Assembly: GCA_023213395.1 (NCBI GenBank)
Contig: CM041465.1
Coordinates: 180,117,741-180,181,740, forward strand
Origin: Cycas panzhihuaensis
Lineage: Eukaryota > Plantae > Cycadophyta
Direction of reading: 5' to 3'
DNA: 64,000 nt
This document shows positions 40,971 to 54,200 of the stretch, in pieces. A program made the translations under genes and the position numbers. The notes beneath the pieces are model-generated. The model was not told the origin of the DNA. It saw nothing but the letters and a program-made list of their open reading frames with translations, and did no database searches. Numbering within the stretch: the first letter of the stretch is position 1; every line of letters begins with the position of its first letter.

Positions 40971-42741
40971 GTTAGAAGGTGGGAGTGGAGTGATGACAAT
41001 TAACTCCAATAGACTAAAGGCCTCATATCCTAATTACTACTAAAGAGAAAGAGAAGACATCACTAGCATGAAATCATTTTAGAATGTCTTTAATAGAGCA
41101 TGGACTAAAACATAAATTACAAGTAAAGACATAGGCCATTGATATGAAAAATAAAAAGGGTTTACCTTTAATAACAAGTCATTTACTTACATACAGTCTG
41201 AGACTTTTTGTTTGGTAGTGGTTAAGAGACTAATTATAATCATAAGGCATAATGAATATCATTGGTTAACCATAGAGAGCAACATAACACATAGGCCATA
41301 TTTTATTAGCACCTAAAATATACTTTTGCTTATTGCCTAACTTTGGACATAGATTAAAATTGTGCAGGTAATGATTAATCTAAAGTTTTTAACTCAAGAT
41401 AATCTTTGAATGATAATTCGTTAGATCAATATAATTATGTTTTAATGCCAAGAAATAAATTATTTATTCATATGTTTAAATTCAAAGATAATAGGTACTT
41501 GACTAGGCCTTTGGAAACCTAACTCCTTTATTGTTCTTTGATTGAAGACTTATTTAGCAGTAAGTATTACTCTTTAAACTTAACAGAAACCTTTTTAGTA
41601 AAAGATGTGATTTAGTTAAAGTTGTAGAATCAATAAACTTTTACCAAATGGCTGTCAGAATAGTTAGGTATTATTGTGCTATCAACTTGAAAACTAATTT
41701 GCATAAAGAACATTCATGAAATACCATACAGACATTGGCATTACAAAACCTGAAAGTACTATTGCAATTATATTAGTTGAGAAAGAAGATACCCTAAGGG
41801 TTTCATGTAATGAGCCTTGTCATAAAGGATTCTTCTATCACTGAAATCTCATAAAGGTTCTTAGTAAGTAAAAGCACTTTCATTATTGACTAACCTTCTT
41901 GATTCTTTTATTTCTATGAAAACATGGCTTAACATCATGGTAGTCTCCAGTTGTTAAGAAGAAAAGGAGTATAAATCAATAACAAGCATTTCTGGTACTT
42001 CATTCATTTTAGGTTTAGGTGACACTCTTAGCACGAGGGTACTCAACTAGGCAACCTCTTTTAATATTATTCCAACTCATAAATATTGTCTAAGGGATGA
42101 TCTTAATTATGTGTTGGGCATATAGATAGTTTTTTAATAGAATTTCAGGCGATCATTTTCTTATACCAATAAACATTTGATGTTAATACTAAGAGGTTTA
42201 GGTATTTTTTAAACATTGTCATTTCTAATTTAATTTTATAATATAAGTGATATACTATTAAAAAATATTTATCACCATTAATTTTATGTCTTTCTAAGTT
42301 GATTAGCGTTTAAGGGATTTATCAAGTTAAGGAAATTATTGTTTATATTCAACCATTCATTAAGGAAATGTTTGCACTTTGAAATGGAGCTACAATTGAT
42401 GATATATCTCACGTTATTTTTTATTTAAGTATCATAAGTACTATGAGAAGTATTATATGTAGACAATTTATAACTTCCAAGGGCTAAGGGCCCACTTAAG
42501 TAAAGGTCCATATTTAAACAAACTTAATTTTAACATATGATATTTCAGTTAAACTTACCTAATCTTTACATAATATTTCAATTCTTAGGTTGTATATTAT
42601 TAGATTTAAAATGGCATTATTGCATTAAACAAGTATCCACTTCAATTTTTAAAATTGTTTCCTTGAAAGAGTAAAAATAAGGGATTTGAATTATGTGAAA
42701 GTTACATTTGGCTCTTAATTTTAATTAACACTTAGAAAATA

Positions 42742-43208
42742 TAGGGTTATTGAGTTTATAACCCTAGTTAACAGGGTTCGAGAATCTAGTTTTGATGTGA
42801 ACTGGGTGCATAACTTCAATTTTGAGTTTGGTCAAACCCCAAATTACATCCTTTTTTGTCTATTTCTAACCATTTTAGGACTATTTCTAGGTCATTTATG
42901 GTCATTTTAAAGATATTTCAAGGTTGTTTTTAGTTTTAGGTTTTGTTCTCTCTCTCTCTGTTAGCATATATCTTACTACTGTTATATACATATATACAAA
43001 AAAATACTTCTATTTTTATTTATAGAGATGTTTAATGTATTATTGTGTATGTGTTGAATGACTATTTGCAATGTTTATAATTTGTTTTCTTTTAATTAAA
43101 AAAAAAAAAAAAGATAAATCCAAACCTAAACTTGTGAATCCAATTTTCAAAGGAAGGAACCAGATTTTTAGAACTCAAAACTTGCAAACCCCAAACCCAA
43201 CAACCTTG
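42742..43208. mobile_element. hAT-like MITE
   Basis: TIR TAGGGTTATTGAGTTT versus CAAGGTTGTTGGGTTT (reverse complement of the right end), GGTT/AACC subterminal repeats, and a degenerate 8-bp TSD AGAAAATA/GGAAAAAG. Confidence 0.55.
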
Positions 43209-43884
43209 GGAAAAAGATTTTTCATTACATACTCAACAACATAAATGTACTTGATTAATTGTCTTTAAGTTTTCAGTTTACTTCCACTATATAAAAAACA
43301 CTTGATTTACATAAAATGTGATAAATTCTGACGAGCTTTATAAATGTATGAAAAGTTAATAAATCTTTCCCTTGATTTGAAAGCATTAATAATCAATGCT
43401 AGTAGATTGGATCCAACCTAAGATCAAGATTAGTAATCTATGTTGTAGAATGCACATAGATGTGTATATAACAAGTCTTAATATAAGCAAAATTATTTAT
43501 TATAATTATTTGATAGTCAGAGCTAGATAGCATTTATCATCCTGATAATCTATCCCATGGTAAATTACTCAATGATATTCAAGGACATTTTATGAACATG
43601 CGACTTTAATGATGTTCTAAAGAAGATATTTTGGCTACTAATTTGTATACAATTGTGTAAGTAACTCAACAAATAATTCAAGAGATCATAAGATGATGGT
43701 AATCAGGAAGCCATATAATTGGTTGCTTATAAATTATATTTTCTTTATATTTTGTTACTATAATTTGAAATACTTTCCCTTATTTTATTTTGGCAAAGAG
43801 ATGTTGGCTGAGAGTTGTCATTACTTTGGAATAAAGTAAAGTGTCACAACTCTCATTATAAGGGTTGTTATAATACCATAATGT

Positions 43885-44011
43885 CACCATCCTCTTGTTT
43901 TACATGAAGGAAGCTCTAATACAACAATGTAACAATAATCTCCAAGTATCACCATCCTCTTGTTTTACATGAAGGAAGCTCTAATACAACAATGTAATAA
44001 CGCTCTCCAAG
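43885..44011 (+). repeat. 65-bp tandem duplication
   Basis: Two copies of CACCATCCTCTTGTTTTACATGAAGGAAGCTCTAATACAACAATGTAA. Confidence 0.92.
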
Positions 44012-44750
44012 AGCACTTAAGCTTAAAAGACATATGCAATAAAATTATTGATCAACAAGCAACACATTGTGCCAATAATCTACATAATTATTAATATACA
44101 TGTGCATTCTATATGATGCCATTATGCAATGGAACATGCTTACAATACTAATATAAATATTTAGACATGCAACAACATCACAATATGCAATATCTCATAA
44201 AATAAATGACTATTCAAAAATTAGATTAACATCACTTAGTTTTATAAAAGTATCCACATAAATTCAAAGCGCGAGAACCTTTTTTTTTTTGAGAAAAAAC
44301 TAGATAGCTCAAAGATATTCACCACCTAGCCAACTAGAAACCTATCACAAAAAATTGATACCAAACTAAGACATGTGACATGAATACAAGAGTACTATTT
44401 TTTGAATACAAGCTTTTACAACTCCTTCCTAAACCGCTAGAACAATAGAATAATAGCTTAATGGTCATTGTGACTATAATAAATAACCCAAACTAACTAT
44501 GTGACTCGGTGATAACAACTCATTACACCTCATATATGCAACATAAAACATCCATATACATGAGGTTATCTACAATGGAGCCAATACCATCTTGTGGCAC
44601 CTTACCATATCAATATATTAAGCCCAACCAATGGTTTCACACTATAAATTCCATCACACCATGTCAAAACTATGTCTATAAATAAGTTGTGGTAGTCATA
44701 ACTCCCTTAGCATCACACTAAGACCTTTAGCATCATACCAAAATTAAAAT

Positions 44751-45967
44751 ATCACACTCATATATAAATTGTGACACCTCACTATCACACCAAAGTTAAA
44801 CAATCACACCCATAAGACAATAAAAATCACCATATAAAGTATCATACTATAATAGTAGTCTCATACACTACCACAATAAAAAACATTATGGAATGCTAGT
44901 AATCAAATTATAAAAGGGACTTTGGAGAATAAGCAGTATTATTCAGAAATCCAAAGATAAGAAGACTACCCTATATGCAAGGGTATTCGCATCATATATG
45001 TGTTGCTAAAAGATCCCAAAATCTAGAAATATGGAATGTTGAAAATCCAAAAGCTAAAATGGCAAGAAACTTAAAGGTGGTGAAAAATAAAAGATACTCA
45101 AATTATACACCCCTCTTAATTATAGTACAAGTTTATCATCTCATGAGATTGGCTACCTTTTCCCACAACTGCCTTTAATTAATGTAATTTAGAAGGGAAT
45201 TAGAATAAATCCTTGATTCTAATCATGCTCTAAAAAGGATTAAACATATATATAAATGTGGATTCAATTTTCTCCACCAACCCTCATTAATAGCCAATCA
45301 ACTTATTATAAGGAAATTAAATACTAGTCAAAACTTGAAATCTTGCCCCCTAAAATTAGGACATCACACTCACATATAAGCTACAACATGTCACTTTATA
45401 ACTCACGGTGATCGCACAAGGTGTTATAATATTACAACAAATTTAAGCAATCACCGATAACACAATTAAAATCACCACATAAAGTAGCGTATTATAATGG
45501 TAGTTTCATATATTACCACAATAGAATCATCATAAGATGGTAGTAATTAAATTACAAAAGAGCCTTTGTGGAATAAGGAGTGTTCTTTAGAAATCTAAAG
45601 ATAAGAAGACTATCTGCATGCAAAATAATTGAAAAGCTAAAAAGATAGAATGTTATAAAACCAAAAGCTAAAATGTTAATAAAGTCAAAGGTGGTAAAAA
45701 ATACTCAAATTATGTACTCCTCTTATTTTTAATGAAAACTAATTACCTAATGTGATCACTACCTTTTGTAACAACCACCTTTGATTAATGCAATTTAAAA
45801 GGGAATTAAAATAAATCCTTATTTGTAATTATGCTTTAGAAAAGATTAAACACATATGTAAGCATGGGTTCAATATACTCCACTAAGCCTTATTAATAAA
45901 TAGGTCGACTAATTATAAAGGAATTATACACAAGAGTTAAAACTTAAAACCTCTACCCTTAAAAATT
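44751..45967 (+). repeat. Old ~610-bp tandem duplication
   Basis: Units at ~44751-45357 and ~45363-45967 share AAAGATAAGAAGACTA, CCAAAAGCTAAAAT and ATACTCAAATTAT. Confidence 0.85.
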
Positions 45968-46539
45968 CCTCCTTTGTTCATCTTATGTGTCCCCTTCATT
46001 TTCCTTTTAAGTAATCCATCCATAGTTGATTATTAATGAGCTTCTTATTTACATCATTTACAATGCATTTGAGCGCTTGACCCCTCGGGATAATCATATA
46101 TACATAGGCTTTATACCTCTCTTTGTTATGAAACATTACACTTCAAATATGAAAATATATAGAAATACATCCTTCACACCTAATAAGCTATTTCAATATG
46201 AAAGAAATTTCTTAAAGATCATACTATAGAGTATAATGTTGTAATAAATGCCCCTTAATGTTATGAAGGGGAATGATTTCATTATATCATAAGATAAAAT
46301 GCATGACACCAAGATTTACAATAAAAGATACAATAAATATGTATACCAAGTAAAATGTTACATAAAAGCTAAACCCAAAAGAAATGTTTGGTAATTAAGA
46401 CATCATTTTGTGTAAGTCATCAAATATGTTAAAAGATTTGGTAGTGCTAGACATAAAACGACGGTTGAATGGTTAGTGAATATGTTAAACAAACTTATAA
46501 GTATTGTTCATTAATAATCAAATAACTAGTAACCCATTC

Positions 46540-48700
46540 GAATGTTCTACGAATGAACGAATCTTCTTTTGGAAAAGAAAAGAATCTAACAATTCTAAAG
46601 TTACGTTGCGGTCCCATGCGGGGGGCTGGACCGCTTATCCAGCGGTGCGGGGGGTCCTATGCATTATAGTAACAGCCGTTCGCAGGGAAATAAGTGAATC
46701 TTCGTGAAAAACTGTGTAGCGGACCCGCTCGTTTCAGCGGAGGTAAAAAGGAGGGGGCTGGATTGAGCAGGTGACCGGATAGTTGTACGGTAATCTATGT
46801 GGCAATATCTGTGTTATTCCCGCCCTTCTAAATGTTGAAATCGTAATGATAATTTTTTAAAATATAAATAAAATAATTTTATTTTATAAATGTAGCGGGT
46901 AGCGACTGAGATCGTGTCTATGCATGGGACCGCTATGAGATTACTAGATTCAGTTTGATTCTAAAAAATTTGGTGCTAAATTTGTAGCGGACCCGCTACA
47001 ATTTTTGCGGAACCCCCCTACATGGGACCGCGCTCTTAATGGCCCCAATTTCAGCATTAATGGCCATTATAACCAAAGTTCTCGCGGACCCACGAATCCC
47101 AATTTATTGAAGGCGGGGGATTATCACCGGTGCAAATATTCAAATTCAGTGCGAGCACAGAGAAAACCAAAACGTGCACATGGAAGGCCTGGTGACCGTT
47201 TCCCAAAAACGTAGAAGCTCTGCGGCAGCCCCTGGATGACGGCGTTTAATTCGGATGTGGAACAGGGAGATTCGACACTCACACAATGAATCGCCTGTAC
47301 CCAACGTTCGGGGTTCCTTTCGAAACAGCTGGGAAGCGCGGCAGCTCTCCGATTGGAGCATTTAATTCGAATGTGGGCCCCGCAGGTGCCACGGTAGGCC
47401 ATGCCATGGTCTATTATTATGGTTCCATGGAGAGGCTGGGGTTCTTAATTTTTTGGAAATTGTGGTTCCCTGCGTTGCACAGGAACTTGTCGACCGGAGA
47501 AAATAAAATTTTATCCGAGATTCACAGAGCGGAATCATTTACCTTATGACTGTTTCAGCGATTTAAGGGGGACTGAATTCAGTGAAAAGCGCTAAGGCCA
47601 GAGCAAATATCTGATTTTCCCTTTCAGCGCCCCAAAAATCGCAGCATTACCGTTGGATTTTTCCGAAAACCCCGTTCCATGGGACTCCGACCCAAGTCTG
47701 CTAAAACTCCCGCTAATGTGACCAGCATTGAATGACAAATATGGGACGGCGAAAGATTTATGGTGCAGTGTGTTGATGCATTTTAGAGTTCATAAGACTG
47801 TAACTTTTGCTTTCAAAAAACTTTCTTGTCGAATTCTTTAAGCAGCCGGTCTGAGTGTGCAACGAAAACAGTTTGTTACGGCAGGCAATAATTTTGCACG
47901 AGGCGTCACATGCAAAGAAAGCAAATCAAACAATAACAGATCAACTTAAACTTGTGACAATATGCAGCAGTTGTGTGCAACTTGATTTACCCAACGTCCT
48001 GTAAAATTATACAGAAAACCGGAAGTGTAGCACTTTTTCTGATTTTATTTTAATGAATTTCGATATCCTGCTGCTTTTCCTAAAAATAGTCCATCCCTTT
48101 GTTTATTTATTGTATGTACTCCAACGAAAATCCTTCCGAATATAATTTTCTGAGACAACAAAGCAACAAACTTGTGGTGGTTGGGGTTAAATATTCTGAA
48201 TGAGATTTTAGTAGGGAAACATTACGCACAGTTTGTGGGAAGGAATTTGAGCTGTATGACAAGGAAATGCAGGTAAACTCAAATTTAAAAAATATGCAGT
48301 TGGTTAGCCTGTCTGCAAATGTACATTGTTGACGCTACAAATCCAAAACAATATTTCAGAGGAAATGATTGAAGTACACATCATTTATTGATGATGACAG
48401 CAATAGCTATGTATGCAAGCAAGCCCATTCCTTCCTTCCATTGGGCATGTTTCATTCAAGGGCATTCTATAAAACCACTCTATTAGAGGTGCAAATGGCA
48501 AACAAACTAACCTGGCCTTTCTAGGTTGCACACATTTTTATGGAGCGAACTACACCATCAAATCCTGTTTGAACGCCTAGGCATTATACAAATATACGAA
48601 TTTCTCGGCATAGAACAGCCTCAATCATACCCATAAAAGAAACTTCCGAGTTAGACTAAGGTTTATGATTGTATGAATCTCCTCCCTACAGTTTATATTT
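46540..48700. promoter_or_regulatory. CpG/CHG-retaining island, a candidate unmethylated cis-regulatory region
   Basis: Sharp rise in CG, CAG and CTG relative to the rest of the window. Motifs include GTGGGCCC (TCP), TGACG, AACGTG, GCCACG and CAGCTG, plus a duplicated TTTAATTCG(G/A)ATGTGG. Confidence 0.5.
46604..47035. mobile_element. PIF/Harbinger (Tourist)-like MITE
   Basis: Inverted GCGGTCCCATG(C/TA)GGGGGG cores start at 46608 and end at 47031, each 4 bp inside a TTA triplet (46601-46603 and 47036-47038). The four terminal bases do not pair. Confidence 0.6.
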
Positions 48701-49663
48701 TTTTTATATATTTATAATGTTATTCATTATCCCTTTATCGATTTTAAAGCATACAATGGGATGAATCAATAAAACAAAGCATTGAAATATAATTCAAAGT
48801 TTTACAAATCATTAGACATGATCCCATAACCCTTCCAATTTTACCTTAATGGCCATGTAATATGTGTCAAAATCATAAGTTCCACATTCACTCTAGTATC
48901 ATAGCATTTCTTAGACATGAGAAACAATAATAGTATAATAATAAATAAATGTAAATTATATAAACAAAATCAAAAGCAGGGCCACATAAATCACACTTCC
49001 TAGAATTGCATCGCATGAAGTTCCAAACTAAATGGGTTTCATCATAAACTCATGTCTTATTTGAGAATGCTACTTTTCCACCATAACCAAAAGGCTCGCA
49101 AAGTAGTTTGAATTAATGATTAAATTTTGTAATGAAATTATTATAGAATATTTGTATTATTAGAGGTATTTCATAAAACATTGTATCATTTTTATTAAAG
49201 AAAGTTATTATTATTATTATAGTTATTTGGCTTATTGTATATACAAAAGAAAATATTTAAATTTATTTTATTATTTATCTTACATGTTTATATGTATGGG
49301 ACACCTTTCAACATAATGCATAACATTTTGTGACACTTATCACATAAATTACTCGTTTACTAAAATATAACTAGTGTGGCATTGTTTATGTGGCCATGAA
49401 TTGCATTATATTTTCATATAAATATGATTTATAATATATCTTTCATATTGACATACCATTCATAGCATTTATATATAAGTATGAATTACACCATTCTCTT
49501 TAATATGATTAGAACTTATGTCAAATATCTTTTGTAGGGAATGACTTACATTATACTTTTTATATAGGAACGACTTGCATTATATTAGACTTATATTTAG
49601 TATTTCTATATTTATAATAATATTCATTTTTACAAATAACAAATATTATTAAATCTAGTAACT

Positions 49664-51240
49664 ATGGATTTACTCAAATTCATCCTCATCTAATAAGAAG
49701 AAAGGTTTAGAATCTTAGAAGACGTCTTTGTCCAAAGACCTATAGATAACCATACATCTAAAAGTTAAGAATCAAATGAGGTGGAAAATTTTAAGATGTA
49801 AGAAGTGTATGTGTGTGATATTAATGAAATATCTGATGGTTGTTTTTGTGATAAGGACGATGACTGCAACATTAATAATGGTATAGATCATAAATAAGAA
49901 CTAAAAGGGCTTAGAATGCAAACAAAAGAAGGTAATAACTTAAATAAGAATCCATAAATTAAGCCACAAGGACACCATTATCTATCATTAGATCTCATAT
50001 ACCTAAGTTGTCGTGACCATATTATTATATAATTTGAAGACAATATAACTTCTTAGGTAATGCCATTTCAATTTTATTTAAGCAAATGTTGAAAAATATT
50101 AAAATGCATTTTTTTCATATAATATTTTTAAAATTTATATATCCATATAATATAATTATTTATCGGTAGTTATATTTTATGTTTATATGGTTTTAGATTA
50201 TTAAAATATAAATTATTACTAAATGACAATGAATTACCCTCTCCACTTAGAGGACCACACAAATTATTAAGTGATATAGTAATTAAATACAATGTCTACC
50301 ATGCTTATAACAATGATTGTATTTTATATAATGGAGGGTATAAAGGCAATAAAACTTCATGTGTGTGGTTATCAATTAGGTATTTAAGGGAGTAGAGCAT
50401 GATAAAAATTCTTATATCATATGCTCATAAGTATTAGATTATATATGTTTCAATGCATATTATCGGCATAATATATAAATTGGCATCAAAATTATAAGAG
50501 CATAAATGATAGTGTTTGTCATACTCTTTTCAATTATGAATCAATATATAGATATAGACCCTAGTATACCAATGGGAATTTATGGTGAAATCATATTTCA
50601 AACTATGGTAGATGGAGAAGCGGTGTCAATATTCGGAAAATATTTGGCGAACAATGGACAATCCTGCTATAAATTATTCAAAATATTTAATAAAGTTAGT
50701 AGATCAACATTATATACACCTAATGGGGACCTTGCAAGCAATAGTGTTAGTTATCGTTGATGTAGAAGTTTTGTAAGATTTTACAGTAGTAAAGATGTAA
50801 AACCATAATAGGGCCTACCCAACACTCCTCATATTACTATTGCTATTGGTAATAAAATCATTACAAGATTGGGATCAATTGACCTTTGCACTTTTAGATG
50901 GAAGCAAATGTGTTACATTACCATTCATAATAGAGGGTCCAAAGATTAAGAAAGTAATAGATAAGGAGGCTTCTTCTGAAACTACAATAAGTAGTTATCC
51001 TATAGTAAGTCTACACACCGAAATTGCTAATCAGATAGAAAAAATGAAAGGTATAGTTGAGGACGAACAATATGAAGCTAATGCCTAAGTACAATTAAAA
51101 TTGAACGATGATATAAACTCTATTAGTTATCTTTTGTATTGGTTATAAGATGCTTATGAGGTAACAAAAGAAAAAACCAATTAAAAAATAAATTTAATTT
51201 TTATGAATGAAAAAATTGAATATTTACAAGATGAAGATAA
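49664..51240 (+). pseudogene. 5' part of the unknown host gene, copy 2 (putative exon 49664-50056, intron 50057-50196)
   Basis: A ~130-codon frame SNSSSSNKKKRFRILEDVFVQRP...FEDNITS has six stops, all TAA/TAG. It is followed by TAG|GTAATG, an AT-rich gap ending TTTTAG, and then open frames including the ORFs at 50506-50760 and 50840-51088. Confidence 0.5.
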
Positions 51241-54200
51241 TGTCAAATTCATCAATAGGATCTAATAGCAATGTGCATTCAAATATAATTCGATAAAACA
51301 AAGATTAAATACAAAGAAGATAGCGATTCTTGTAAAATCACGCTATAGGTAAATTGATTACATCGTATGTCTAAATATTGCAAAGTCTTTACATATAAAA
51401 ACTTTCAATGTATAAATGAATATGCTCATGCTTAATTTATAATCATACAACATCCAAATACAAATGATATAATTGGTCAACTTAGTAACAAAGGAGGTAG
51501 AGTCGACCAAACTATAGATTACATTTAAATTTATAAAGGGGGGTCACACCTTATAATACACAAATATAAATATATGTAAAATATAATACAATGAAGGGTT
51601 ATTATATATTTTAACACCCTCCCTTAATGACAGCTTCATTGTATTTGATACCGAGGTCATGCCAAAACCTTTCAAACTTCGGTTTGCCAAAATCTTTAGT
51701 GAAGATATCTACAACTTGGTCCTCAGTTTGTTAGTAAACAAGGTCAAATTCTCTGTTTTGAACATGTTGATAGTTGAAGTGATGGTAGACCTCTATGTAC
51801 TTAGTTCAAGCATGAAAATAAGATTATTTGTTATCTTCAACACACTTTGGTTATCACATTAAAGAATGGTAGTGAAGTCTGTTGAAGTCCAAGCTCGACA
51901 AGAATCCTTCTAAGCTAAATCAACTTTGTGGTGGCATGGACAACTACCTTATATTCGGTTTGATTGGAAGAGAGAGCAACATTTGGCTATTTCTTGCAAC
52001 TCCAAGTGATTATAGCTAAGTCCATGTCAAAATAGTATCTTGATATTGAATGGCATGTGTTTTGGCAACCTACCCAATTAACATTTGTGTATCCTTTTAA
52101 GATAAGAGACTCGGTTTGGTTATAGTCAAGTCCAAGGCGATATGTGCCATAGATATACTTGAGGATTCTAGTCATGACCTTCCAATGGGATAATTTGGGA
52201 TGCAACATGTACTTGAAATAGATCCTAATTATATAAGAGATGTCTAGGCGAGTGTGAGTGAGGTAGATAAGGCTCCTAACCAACTATCAGTATAATGTAG
52301 AATCAAAGGGCTTTCCTTGTTCATCCAAGTTAATCTTGGCTTTTATTTTTATTAGAGTCGGTATAGGCTTGCAGTTAGTCATTCTAAACCACTATAAGAG
52401 TTTATTAGATTACTAAGATTATCATAGGAATATGTGTCCTAGTTCTGTAATACTTTAATACTAAGGAAATAGTAAAACAACCCAAGATTTATCATCGAAG
52501 TCGCTTTTAAGTTCTAATTATGACCAAGCTATACCTTCATTGCCATTACTAGTAATTGCCAAGTCATCCTTAGATACAACAATGATTGTGATCAAGTTGC
52601 CTCTAATTCAAATATATAGGTCTGATTTAGAGGGTGACCGAGTGAATCCAAACTATGTAGGAAAGGTATCAATCTTTACATACTAGGTATGTGGTGCCTA
52701 TTTCAATCTATATAAGGCTTTCTTAAGTTTGTAGACTAGTTGTTCTTTGCTAGGAATAGCATAGCCTGGAGATTATTTCAAGAAAACCTCTTGTATAAGC
52801 TCTCTATTTAATAAAGCACTCTTCACATCTATTTGGTGCACATGGTAATTGAATTGAGATGCAAGAAATATAACCAAATAGAATATAGTCATATTAGCTA
52901 CTGGTGTAAAGGTCTTATCATAGTCAATCCCCTCTTACTATTTGAAACCTCTTGTAACTAGACAAGGTTTATGATACTTAATGGTACCATCAATATGGAA
53001 TTTGGTCTTATAAAGCCATCAACAATCAATTAACTTCTTTCTAAGTGGCGGTTCTATTAGATCCCATGAGTCATTCTTAAGGATAGAGTTCATCTATTCA
53101 TTCATTGTAGCTTTTCATGTCTGGTCTTTAACGCCTCCTCAAATGTAGAAGGCTCATAGGTCTTAAGGATACATGCCATTAAGGTATAGTTGGTGGAGTG
53201 TTACATTCTAGACTCTCTTTTAAGAGTTATGGGAGGAGAAGGAGCATCATTTAGTAATTGTTGTAGCCACTTAGGAGGTGCTTAAAAACTGGTGGCTTCC
53301 TCCTAAAGATCATCAACTAATATAGGTGGCATTGATGTGCTAGAATCTGATGTGGACGTTGAGGTTGTTAGAACTGAAGATGAACCTAGTGTATAAGAGG
53401 ATGTGGGTATTGGTGGCTCAAGAATTAGTGTAAGAGGCACTTTAGGTGTACTAAATTCATCTTTTGCTACAAACTAAATTTGTGTAAGATTCAAGTCTTA
53501 AGAATCTTTAACAAATATTATATCCCAAGTAGTGTAGGACTAGTTCTAATAATATCATATACTTTATATACCTTTTAGCCGGTACATAGCCAAGGAAAAT
53601 ATATTCAAGGTTTTATCATCCAATTTCTTCCTATTCTCCTTGGGGATGAATTTATAGGCTATGCATCCAAATGTTCTTAGATGAGAAACTATTGGTTTAA
53701 TGCATGACCAAGGCTCCTCGTGGGTGATGTTTTTAACTACTACCGTGGCACTTATATTAGCGGATAAATAATGATTAATATGGGTTCATCCTAAAGCATG
53801 GCAACAAGGTTAATTGCACTTAACATGGCTTTTGCATTGTTCACCAAAATTTGGTTTATCCTCTCGCTACACCATTTTGTTGAGGTGTATGAGGGGTCAA
53901 GAATTAGCATTTGATGCCATATTGTTTGTAAAAGTTGGTGAATTAGTTAGATATATACTCTCCTCCATTATCAGATCTTCGTACCTTGATGTTTATGCCA
54001 CTTTTATTTTCTACATCAACCTTAAATTCTTTAAATTTGTCAAAGGCTTGGAACTTATTCCTAAGGAAGTAGACCCAAACATTCCTGGAATAGTCATCTA
54101 TAAATGTCATGAAAAACATATTTTCATTAAGTGAAGGAATTGATATAGGCTAATAAATGTTTGAGTGGACCAAACCCAATGGTTTTGAGGCTCTCCATCC

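Noticed and set aside
44279-44380. Poly(T) plus TGATACCA as a possible SINE tail or PBS
   Set aside because: I could not identify a TSD, partner LTR or element body.
47260-47290. tRNA B-box-like GATTCGAC
   Set aside because: I could not build a cloverleaf or find an A-box.
47005-47549. Short ORFs (69-92 aa) in the GC-rich island
   Set aside because: They overlap on both strands and have no recognisable motif, as expected from the higher local GC.
50280-50760. RPA/OB-fold (Helitron) assignment for the host pseudogene
   Set aside because: The resemblance is vague and the zinc-finger cysteines are not convincingly present.
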